Shown here piece after piece: positions 29,586 to 37,575 of a DNA stretch of 64,000 nt. Positions within the stretch are counted from its first letter, which is position 1. Each line of letters opens with the position of its first letter. The notes under the pieces were generated by a model, which saw nothing but the letters and a program-made list of their open reading frames with translations, searched no databases and was not told the DNA's origin. The position numbers were made by a program, and so were the translations under genes. This stretch comes from Burkholderiales bacterium (GTDB lineage: Bacteria > Pseudomonadota > Gammaproteobacteria > Burkholderiales > SG8-39), in NCBI GenBank assembly GCA_035624235.1, contig DASPRX010000145.1, positions 5,241-69,240 on the forward strand, read 5' to 3'.

Positions 29586-31046
29586 TCAGCCGATGAGCCG
29601 CGCGGCTTGGCGGTACCACTCGGCAAGATAGGGCGGCATGTAAAGGCCGAGCAATAGAACGATCGCGAGGTGCGTGAACACTGGCAACAGCGCCGGCGGG
29701 TGGGGCAGACGCCTTGCGGTCGTGTCGCCAAATACCATCGGCTGGACTTTGCCGAATATCGCGGCGAACGCCACGCCCAGGGCGCCGAGCAGGATCGGCG
29801 CCGCCCAGGGATGAAGCGCGATCGTCTGCGTGAGGATGAGGAACTCGCTGGCGAACACGCCGAATGGGGGCATGCCCAGAATCGCGGCCGTGCCCAGCAT
29901 CAGGCCCCAGGCGACAGTCGGGCTGACCCGGATCAGGCCACGGATATTTTCCATCAGTTGCGTGCCGGTTTTTTGCGCGGCATGTCCCACGGCGAAGAAG
30001 ATCGCGCTCTTGGTCAGCGAATGCACGGTCATGTGCAGCAGCCCGGCGAAGCTCGCGACCGGACCGCCTATCCCGAAGGCGAACGTTATCAGGCCCATGT
30101 GCTCGATCGACGAGTATGCGAACATGCGTTTGATGTCGCGTTGCCTGGAGAGGAAAAATGCCGCGACCACGACCGACAGCAGCCCGAATCCGATCATCAG
30201 CGAGCTGGCGAAGGGCACCGCGCCGGCTTCGTGCAGCGACCCGTCCGTGATCACCTTGCAGCGGATGAGGGCGTAAAGGGCGACGTTTAGTAGCAGACCG
30301 GACAGCACCGCGGAGACCGGCGTCGGGCCCTCCGCGTGCGCGTCCGGCAGCCAGTTATGCAGCGGTACCAGCCCGACTTTCGTGCCGTAGCCGACGAGCA
30401 GAAAGACGAAGGCAATCGACATCACTGTCGGCTGGAGGCTGCCTTTTACCGCGTCCAGATGGGTCCACAGCAACGAATTGACGCCTGGCCCGAGCACCTT
30501 CTCGGCAGCGAAGTACACGAGGATCGTGCCGAACAGCGCCTGTGCGATGCCGACGCCGCACAGGATGAAGTACTTCCACGCCGCTTCGAGCGAGGCGTGC
30601 GTCCGGTATAGCGCGACCAGCAAGACGGTGGTCAGGGTCGCCGCCTCCATGGCCACCCACATGATTCCGAGGTTGTTGGTGGTCAGCACCAGCAGCATCG
30701 TGAAGCTGAACAACTGGTACATGCTGTGGTACAGGCGCAGGCCGGCCGCCGAAACGCGGCCGTGATCCCGCTCTATGCGCATATAGGGGCGCGAGAAGAG
30801 CGCCGTGGTCATGCCGACGAACGCGGTGAGCGTCACCAGAAACATGTTCAGCGAGTCGACGAAGAACTGCTGGCCGAGCACGCGCATGGGGCCACGCTCG
30901 ACGACGCGCACGGTGAGCGCGACCGCTCCGAGGAAGGTGAGTCCGCTGAACAGTGCATTTAGCTCGGCTGCACGGTCCCGGTGACCGTACAGCGCCAGCA
31001 GCGCCGCGCCCGCGAGCGGTGATCCGAGGAGCAGAATCATCTCCAT
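29586..31046 (-). CDS. NuoN/M-type (HyfF-like) antiporter-like membrane subunit
   Basis: 486-aa polytopic ORF of the proton-conducting NuoL/M/N / Mrp family (LHNWLPDAHAEGPTPVSAVLSG). Overlaps the upstream gene by 1 nt. Confidence 0.85.
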   Translation of the reverse strand: MEMILLLGSPLAGAALLALYGHRDRAAELNALFSGLTFLGAVALTVRVVERGPMRVLGQQFFVDSLNMFLVTLTAFVGMTTALFSRPYMRIERDHGRVSAAGLRLYHSMYQLFSFTMLLVLTTNNLGIMWVAMEAATLTTVLLVALYRTHASLEAAWKYFILCGVGIAQALFGTILVYFAAEKVLGPGVNSLLWTHLDAVKGSLQPTVMSIAFVFLLVGYGTKVGLVPLHNWLPDAHAEGPTPVSAVLSGLLLNVALYALIRCKVITDGSLHEAGAVPFASSLMIGFGLLSVVVAAFFLSRQRDIKRMFAYSSIEHMGLITFAFGIGGPVASFAGLLHMTVHSLTKSAIFFAVGHAAQKTGTQLMENIRGLIRVSPTVAWGLMLGTAAILGMPPFGVFASEFLILTQTIALHPWAAPILLGALGVAFAAIFGKVQPMVFGDTTARRLPHPPALLPVFTHLAIVLLLGLYMPPYLAEWYRQAARLIG

Positions 31047-31708
31047 CAGTGCTCCTTCAGCTTCTCAAGGTGGCGCGTATCGAGCGAATCGAATCGCTCG
31101 CGAATCTCGAAAATGAAGATGCCGAGAATCAGCGCGCCCACCAGCACGTCGAGCCCGACGCCGAGCTCCACCACCATGGGCATGCCGTATACGGCGCCGG
31201 TGGCGGCGAAGAATAGGCCGTTCTCCATGGAGAGAAAGCCGATCACCTGGGGAATCGCCTTCGAGCGCGTGATCATCATCAAGAACGAAAGCAGCACGCT
31301 AGCGAGCGCGATGCCGAGCGTCGAGCGCGTGACCGTGCCTGCGAGCTCGGTGATTGGCAGCGCCAGATTGAATGCGAGCACGACCAGCACGATGCCGACC
31401 AGCATGGTGGTAGGGATATTGATCAGCGTTTCCACGTCCCACTTCACCTTCAGCCGTCGGATCAGACGGTGAAGAATCCAAGGCAGCAGCAGGACCTTCA
31501 AGCCGAGCGTCAGCAGGGCGGACCAATAGAGGTGGTGCTGGCCGGTCAACGTGGCGACCAGCGTCGTGGTGAGAAAGAGCACGAATCCCTGCGCGGCGAA
31601 CAGATTGATCAGCGACAACATGCGGCGCTGCGCAAGCATCGCGAAGGCGAGCAGCAGCAGGATCGCCGCGAGAAGATTGATAAGCTGCGGACCGTAGTGG
31701 GAAAGCAT
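31046..31708 (-). CDS. HyfE-like small membrane subunit
   Basis: 220-aa ORF with ~7 hydrophobic helices. Its position between the NuoH-like and NuoN-like genes matches hyfE. Confidence 0.75.
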   Translation of the reverse strand: MLSHYGPQLINLLAAILLLLAFAMLAQRRMLSLINLFAAQGFVLFLTTTLVATLTGQHHLYWSALLTLGLKVLLLPWILHRLIRRLKVKWDVETLINIPTTMLVGIVLVVLAFNLALPITELAGTVTRSTLGIALASVLLSFLMMITRSKAIPQVIGFLSMENGLFFAATGAVYGMPMVVELGVGLDVLVGALILGIFIFEIRERFDSLDTRHLEKLKEH

Positions 31709-31709
31709 G

Positions 31710-32660
31710 TCAAGTTTCCAGCAGCACGTGCACTAGCATGGCGAGGACCGCGAAAAGGAATGCCGTGCCGAGGAACTCGGGGGCGCGGAAGATGCGCATC
31801 TTCGCGCTGAGCGTCTCGATCAGTGCAAGCGCCGCGCCGCCAAGCGCAAGCTTGATCAGCAACGTCGGCAGGGCAAAGACAATGCCGAGCCAGTCGCCGC
31901 CGTGCGCGATGCCCCACGGAAAGAACACCGCCAGTCCCATGCACGAGTAGACGAACAGCTTGAGGCTCGCGGCCCACTCGATCATCGCCAGGTGGCGTCC
32001 AGAGTACTCGAGCACCATCGCTTCATGGATCATCGTGAGCTCAAGGTGGGTGGCGGGATTGTCGACGGGAATGCGCGCGTTTTCCGCCAGCGAGACCATG
32101 GTAAAGGCGACGCCCGCGAACGCCATACTCGGATATATGACGAACTCCTTGTGCGCGAGCGTCTGCACGATCGTCGCGAGGGACGTCGAGCTCGAGATGA
32201 GCGAGGCCGTGAACAGCACCATCAGCAGCGCCGGCTCGGCCAGGAAGCCGACCATCATTTCGCGCCGTGCGCCGAGCGAGCCGAAGGCGGTGCCGACGTC
32301 CATCCCTGCGAGCGCAACGAACAATCGCGCCAGTGCGAGCAGGCCGACGAGTGCGATCGCGTCGGCAGCGGCGTTCAGCGGCAGGTCGGTATCCAGCGTG
32401 GGCACGATCGCCGCAGCGAGCGCGAGGCTGCCGAAGATAAGGTAGGGCGCGATGCGGAAAAGCGGGCTGGCGTTGCGCGCCAGCACCACCTCCTTCTGGA
32501 AAAGCTTGCTCAGGGTGCGGTACGGCTGCAACAGGTCGGGGCCGCTCTTGTTCTGCAGCCAGGCGCGGCACTGGTTGACCCAGCCAGTTAGCAGCGGCGC
32601 AAGCAGCACCGCCAGCATGAGCTCCGCAAACTGGGCTGCGATTCCGGCGGGATTGATCAT
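31710..32660 (-). CDS. NuoH/HycD/HyfC-like membrane subunit
   Basis: 316 aa from MINPAGIAAQ (ATG 32660, ATGA overlap with the upstream stop). NuoH-like helices. The upstream 181 codons in the track ORF are Arg-rich and rejected. Confidence 0.82.
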   Translation of the reverse strand: MINPAGIAAQFAELMLAVLLAPLLTGWVNQCRAWLQNKSGPDLLQPYRTLSKLFQKEVVLARNASPLFRIAPYLIFGSLALAAAIVPTLDTDLPLNAAADAIALVGLLALARLFVALAGMDVGTAFGSLGARREMMVGFLAEPALLMVLFTASLISSSTSLATIVQTLAHKEFVIYPSMAFAGVAFTMVSLAENARIPVDNPATHLELTMIHEAMVLEYSGRHLAMIEWAASLKLFVYSCMGLAVFFPWGIAHGGDWLGIVFALPTLLIKLALGGAALALIETLSAKMRIFRAPEFLGTAFLFAVLAMLVHVLLET

Positions 32661-34654
32661 TTCACCAGGAACAGCAGCAAGAGCAGCGTCGCGAAGCTGT
32701 ACATCAGATAAACCGATATGCGCCCTCGCTGGAGCACCGTCACGAGCGAGGTGAGCCTGTCCACGCCGCGCGCGACCGGCAAGTAGAGCCAGCGCCACAG
32801 GCGGTCCTCCACCAGTTCCCGATAGCGCGGCCGCAGGTCGAACGGCGTCGGTGCAGAGTGTTCGACGCGAAAGAACGGCTCGAAGATCTGCCTGACAGGC
32901 TGACCGAAGCCTTCGGCAGTGTCCTGCATGCGGGCGTTGAGCGGTGCAAAGCCGCAATCCCAGGGGCCGGCGCGGCGCACGCGGCCGTGATAGAAGGCGC
33001 GCACCGAGAACCAGGCGAGCGCCACGAGAATCGTGATGAGCAGGAAGAACAGCGCCGGACTGTAGCTTGCGCGCCGCGGCTCGATCGGCGCGAGATAGAG
33101 CCAGCCGCCGGCGAGGCTCGCCATGCCGTGACCGGTGAGCGCCTTGGTCGTCGGATCGAGCATGCCGATCACCGTCGCAGGCACCAGCCCGAGCACGACA
33201 CATGCTGCGGCGAGCAGCAGCAGGCCGACGCGCTCCCAGGGCCCGGCATCATGAGCATCCGTCAGCTTGGGCTCACGCGGCTGGCCCAGGAACACGACGC
33301 CGTAGAACTTCACCATCACGTAGCCGGCGAGCGCCGCCGTGAGCGCGATCGACGCCGCGGCGATCGGCACCAGCATGTTGAGATAGGAGTGCGGCAGGCC
33401 CGGGCTAAACAGGAACGCCTGCAGCAGCAGCCACTCCGAAACGAAGCCATTCAGCGGCGGCAAACCGGCGATCGCCACGGTGCCGACGAGCGCGGTCCAC
33501 GCCACCCAGGGCATGCGATGGATCAGTCCTCCCAGGCGCCCGAGACTGCGCTCGCGCGTTGCGTGCAGCACCGAGCCGGTCGCGAGGAACAGCAGGCTCT
33601 TGAAGAATGCGTGATTGAGGCAGTGATAGAGCGTCGCGGTGAGGGCCAGCGCAGCGAGCGCGTTCATGCCGAAGCCGCGGAAAAGGATCGTCAGGCCAAA
33701 CCCCGCGACGATCAGGCCGAGGTTCTCGATCGATGAATACGCGAGCAGTCGCTTCATGTCGGTCTGCACGGCCGCGTAGACCGCACCGAACAGCGCGGAT
33801 GCCAGTCCGGCAGCGAGCGCAACGACGCCCCACCACCATATGGGAAAGCCCACCAGGTCGAAAGTGACGCGCAGCATGCCGTAGACCGCCGTCTTCAGCA
33901 TGACCGCGCTCATCAGGGCGGAAACGGGCGACGGCGCCGCGGGGTGCGCTTCCGGCAGCCAGGCGTGAAGCGGCAGCAGTCCCGCCTTGGCCCCGAAGCC
34001 CACCAGCGCGAGCAGGAACGCCGCGGTAGCCCATCCCGCCGAAGGCGCCAGGGCACGCATGCCGGCGAAGCTGTAGTCGCCGCTGCCGCTCTGCAGGGCA
34101 CCGAAGCAAAGCAGAATGGCGATCGCGCCGAGGTGCGCGAGGAGCAGGTACAGGTAGCCGGCGCGGCGGATTTCGGCCAGGCGATGGTCGCTCGTCACCA
34201 GGAAGTACGACGAAAGCGCCATCGATTCCCAGCCAACCATGAAGAAATAGGCATCGTCCGCCACCAGCACCAGCGCCATGCTGGCGAGGAAGGCGTGGTA
34301 GTAGAGCGCTTGCAGCCCCGGCGCAGTGCCTTCGCCGCGGCGAAAGTAGCCGCAGGCGAAGATCGAGATCGCCGCGGCGACTGCGCCGAGCATGAGCAGG
34401 AAGAACGCCGAAAGCGAGTCGAGCCGGGCGTGAAACGGCAGATCCGGTAGGCCGAGGGGCAGCACACGCGTTTGCGGCGGCAAGAACATGGCCGAGAGCG
34501 CCACCGCAGCAATTGCGAGACCGACCAGCGCGCCTGCGGGAAAGATCACTCGGCTCGCGATCCGGATGCTCGTCGGCGCTGCGAGCCCGCTGATTCCCAG
34601 CGCTAGCCAGGCGCAGGCAAGCGCGAGTGTGGCGTCAAGCGAACTCAAGTGCAC
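32657..34654 (-). CDS. NuoL-type (HyfB-like) antiporter-like membrane subunit
   Basis: 665-aa polytopic ORF (LHAWLPEAHPAAPSPVSALMS motif). GTG start at 34654. Confidence 0.85.
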   Translation of the reverse strand: MHLSSLDATLALACAWLALGISGLAAPTSIRIASRVIFPAGALVGLAIAAVALSAMFLPPQTRVLPLGLPDLPFHARLDSLSAFFLLMLGAVAAAISIFACGYFRRGEGTAPGLQALYYHAFLASMALVLVADDAYFFMVGWESMALSSYFLVTSDHRLAEIRRAGYLYLLLAHLGAIAILLCFGALQSGSGDYSFAGMRALAPSAGWATAAFLLALVGFGAKAGLLPLHAWLPEAHPAAPSPVSALMSAVMLKTAVYGMLRVTFDLVGFPIWWWGVVALAAGLASALFGAVYAAVQTDMKRLLAYSSIENLGLIVAGFGLTILFRGFGMNALAALALTATLYHCLNHAFFKSLLFLATGSVLHATRERSLGRLGGLIHRMPWVAWTALVGTVAIAGLPPLNGFVSEWLLLQAFLFSPGLPHSYLNMLVPIAAASIALTAALAGYVMVKFYGVVFLGQPREPKLTDAHDAGPWERVGLLLLAAACVVLGLVPATVIGMLDPTTKALTGHGMASLAGGWLYLAPIEPRRASYSPALFFLLITILVALAWFSVRAFYHGRVRRAGPWDCGFAPLNARMQDTAEGFGQPVRQIFEPFFRVEHSAPTPFDLRPRYRELVEDRLWRWLYLPVARGVDRLTSLVTVLQRGRISVYLMYSFATLLLLLFLVK

Positions 34655-34695
34655 GGGCGCATCGCTGACCGAAGGCCAGATTCTATCCGCGGGAG

Positions 34696-35952
34696 TTATT
34701 CACTGCGTTTGCCCCTTACGATTCGGTGCGCTAGCAGCGCCCCGAGGATGCCCGCCGCGCCCACCAGCAGCCAGTCGCGTCGCCGCCAGCCGCGGCGCTC
34801 GCGCGTGGGCGCCGAGCGCAGCATTTGCGTCGCCGTCAGCGTTTGCTCGCCGGTCTCGGGCTCATTCTGCAGCCCGGTGAGCGCGGCGAGGTGCTGCGTC
34901 GCCTCGGCGGAATCGAAGTTGCGCGACATGCCGCGCGCCGGCACCTCGCCCAGCGCCGCGGCATCCGCGTCCACGAGACGCGTACGGTCGAACGTGCGCT
35001 CGAGCATGCGGGCGCGCGCCGCCTCGCCAACGATTGCCGCTTGCGACCCGGTGGAGAACGCAGTCATCGGACGCTGCGGCGCCGGCGCCACTCCGCCGTG
35101 CGCCGCCAGCTGACGCTCGCACTCGTGCAAGTCTCGCGCTAGCTCGGCGGCGCTCTGGTAGCGCTCGTCGAGCGACTTGGCGAGCATCTTGGCGACGATG
35201 TAGTCGAGCAGCTCGGGGACGTCGAAGTTGAGTACGCTCGGAGCCGGTGGCGCGAGGTTGACAATCTGGTACATCAGCGCCGTGACGTTGTCGCCGCCAA
35301 AAGGCGCCGTACCGGCCAGCATCTCGTACAGGATGATGCCGAGCGAGAAGATGTCGGAGCGGAAGTCGGCGCGCTTGCCAAGCACCTGCTCGGGAGACAT
35401 GTACTTGGGCGAGCCGAGCATCATGCCGGTCTGCGTGAGTACTTCGGATGCGCGCATGCGTGCGATGCCGAAGTCGGTGATCTTCACCATGCCGTTCGAC
35501 ATGATCATGATGTTGGGCGGCTTTATATCGCGATGCACGATGCCGCGCTGGTGGGCGTAGTCGAGCCCCTCGGCAACCTGGATCGCGATGGAGACGGCCT
35601 GCGCGACGGGCAATATCCGCCCCTCGCTGATCAGCGAGCGCAGCTCGGCTCCCTCGATGAACTCCATCGCCATGTAGGCGATCTCGCCGCTCTTGCCGAT
35701 GTCGTAGATGGTGACGATGTTGGGGTGGCTCAGGCCCCCGGCGGCACGTGCCTCCTGGTAGAAGCGTGCCTCGTACCTCTCGATGCCGTCGCGCTCGAGC
35801 GCCATGTTGACCGTCTTGACGGCGACAGGGCGCTCGAGCAACGGATCGACGGCCTTGTAGACGACGCCCATCGCACCGCGCCCGAGCTCGGCGACGATCC
35901 GGTACCGGCCAATCGACTGCGTTTCCATTGCGGGCGTCTGCAAGTCTGGCAC
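34696..35952 (-). CDS. Hanks-type Ser/Thr protein kinase with C-terminal membrane anchor
   Basis: GRGAMGVVYKA, VAVK, HRDIKPPNIM, DFGIA and SPEQ are all present. Followed by a ~100-aa low-complexity linker, then one TM helix (DWLLVGAAGILGALLAHRIV) 6 residues from the end. GTG 35952 lies 4 nt after the lipoprotein stop. An alternative ATG is at 35928. Confidence 0.88.
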   Translation of the reverse strand: MPDLQTPAMETQSIGRYRIVAELGRGAMGVVYKAVDPLLERPVAVKTVNMALERDGIERYEARFYQEARAAGGLSHPNIVTIYDIGKSGEIAYMAMEFIEGAELRSLISEGRILPVAQAVSIAIQVAEGLDYAHQRGIVHRDIKPPNIMIMSNGMVKITDFGIARMRASEVLTQTGMMLGSPKYMSPEQVLGKRADFRSDIFSLGIILYEMLAGTAPFGGDNVTALMYQIVNLAPPAPSVLNFDVPELLDYIVAKMLAKSLDERYQSAAELARDLHECERQLAAHGGVAPAPQRPMTAFSTGSQAAIVGEAARARMLERTFDRTRLVDADAAALGEVPARGMSRNFDSAEATQHLAALTGLQNEPETGEQTLTATQMLRSAPTRERRGWRRRDWLLVGAAGILGALLAHRIVRGKRSE

Positions 35953-35956
35953 GGCC

Positions 35957-36367
35957 TCAGCGCCCGCCCTTCACCGAGCGGAACACGGGCCCCCAGACGG
36001 GGTGACCCGCTTCGGCGGGCGCGAGCTGCATCGAGGGATCGATTTCCAGCGCCGCGCGGAACTCATCGCGGCACGGCCCCACGCGCCCGTCTGCGCAGTT
36101 GATAAACGCCAGGTACTTGTGCGCCTTGACCCGGTCGGCGTTCGAAAGCCCCTGCTCGAGCGCGAGTTGCAGGCTGCGTGCCGATTGCGCGTAGTGGCCG
36201 TCGTCGTAGTCGCGCAGCCCCTTGGCGAGAGCCGCTTCTCCCTTGTGCGCGAAAAGGTCATTGAAAGTGCGCTGGAGTTCGCGCACCGGCTCCGACTGGC
36301 ACCCGGCGAGCAGCAACATGACCGCCGCGGCGAGCAGGCATAGGATCCGTGCGCGGTTCGCGACCAT
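35957..36367 (-). CDS. Lipoprotein with TPR-like helical repeats
   Basis: 136 aa from MVANRARILCLLAAAVMLLLAGC (lipobox LAGC). Helical repeat-like body (YAQSARSLQLALEQG, KAHKYLAFINCADGR). The upstream 159 codons in the track ORF are Arg/Pro-rich and rejected. Confidence 0.75.
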   Translation of the reverse strand: MVANRARILCLLAAAVMLLLAGCQSEPVRELQRTFNDLFAHKGEAALAKGLRDYDDGHYAQSARSLQLALEQGLSNADRVKAHKYLAFINCADGRVGPCRDEFRAALEIDPSMQLAPAEAGHPVWGPVFRSVKGGR

Positions 36368-36368
36368 G

Positions 36369-37532
36369 TCAGCGGAACTGATGGCGGACGCGGATCGACT
36401 CTCCGGAGCGAACCGTGACGGTCTCGATCCGGGCCGGGAATGTAGTGTTGCGAATCTCAATCGTGTGCATTCCCGCTGGCAACTCCAGTTCGCGCAGCGG
36501 CGGGCTGACACCCCGCTTGGTGCCGTCGACCACAATCTCCCCCCAAGGGCTGATCGCAAGCTGAATCGTACCCGAGGGGGGCGGCGCAGCCTTCGATCGG
36601 GCTTCTTCAGTCGACGCAAGGGGCCGCTGTTTGCCGGAATTTGCATTCGCCTTCGTCGGCTTGTGGGCGGGAGCCGGCGCTTGCGATGGCGCCGCTCTCG
36701 GGGGTTCCTTGACGGCGGGCGGCGCCGCGCCCTGCTTGACGGCGTCGGCGGCCGGCGCCGGCTCCTGCCCCGCCTTGGGGACCGGAGGGGCGCTTTCGGC
36801 AAGGGGGTTCTCGGCTGTCGTTGCAGGCGGCGCGTTCGTGCCATGCATCCCGGCGCGTAACGCGATGCCTGAGCCCGCGAACAGCAGGAACACGAGCGGT
36901 GCCGCGACCAGCGCTCCGCGGTGAAGACCGGCCGGTCCCGGCGCGGAGAACCAGCCGCCCGCCCGCTGCGTGCGCTTTACACGCGACATCGTTTCTTCGA
37001 CGCGGCGCGCCGCGGTCGGGCCCGATATGACCGCATAGACCTCGTGCTCGCGCACGTGCTTGTCGGTGCGCAATCCAACGTGCGTGAACAACCTGGTGTA
37101 GTCCCGCGACAGGCGCGATACGACTTCGTAGAACGAGCGCGATACCAGCAGCTGGCCCGGCTGCGCGAAGCCCATCACCCGCTGCGCCACGTTTATGCCG
37201 TCGCCGATGATGTTCATCTGCCCGTTCAGATCCTTCAGCAGCCTCACCGGCCCGAGGTTCACCCCGATGCGCACCGCGAGCGATCCGCTCGAGTCGCGAA
37301 TCGACATCGCCGCGAACAGGGCATCCTCGGGGTCGCCGAGGAACGTGATCGCCGCACCGTCGCCGGTGTCCAGAATGATGCGGTCGCGCGGCGGCACCTG
37401 TGCGACGGCGTCGGCCAGGATTCCGTTGAAAGCCTGCTTGAGCTGCAGCTGCTCGCTCACCGGCTTCCTGGAATACTCGGCGATGTCCAGGAATACGACG
37501 CAGCAGACCAGCGTGCGGCTCGATGTCTCCAT
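36369..37532 (-). CDS. Class III adenylate/guanylate cyclase domain - TM - Pro-rich linker - PEGA domain protein
   Basis: N-terminal cyclase homology domain (VVFLDIAEYS, DTGDGAAITF, RIGVNLGPV, IGDGINVAQRV). One TM helix (ALVAAPLVFLLFAGSGIAL) and an Ala/Pro-rich stretch. C-terminal PEGA-like beta domain (GTIQLAISPWGEIVVDGTKRGVSPP...GMHTIEIRN). ATG at 37532. The track start at 37535 is a TTG. Confidence 0.8.
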   Translation of the reverse strand: METSSRTLVCCVVFLDIAEYSRKPVSEQLQLKQAFNGILADAVAQVPPRDRIILDTGDGAAITFLGDPEDALFAAMSIRDSSGSLAVRIGVNLGPVRLLKDLNGQMNIIGDGINVAQRVMGFAQPGQLLVSRSFYEVVSRLSRDYTRLFTHVGLRTDKHVREHEVYAVISGPTAARRVEETMSRVKRTQRAGGWFSAPGPAGLHRGALVAAPLVFLLFAGSGIALRAGMHGTNAPPATTAENPLAESAPPVPKAGQEPAPAADAVKQGAAPPAVKEPPRAAPSQAPAPAHKPTKANANSGKQRPLASTEEARSKAAPPPSGTIQLAISPWGEIVVDGTKRGVSPPLRELELPAGMHTIEIRNTTFPARIETVTVRSGESIRVRHQFR

Positions 37533-37575
37533 CAATCGGCGTTCGCCCGATGCGGCGCGCGCGGCCGCGACGGAA

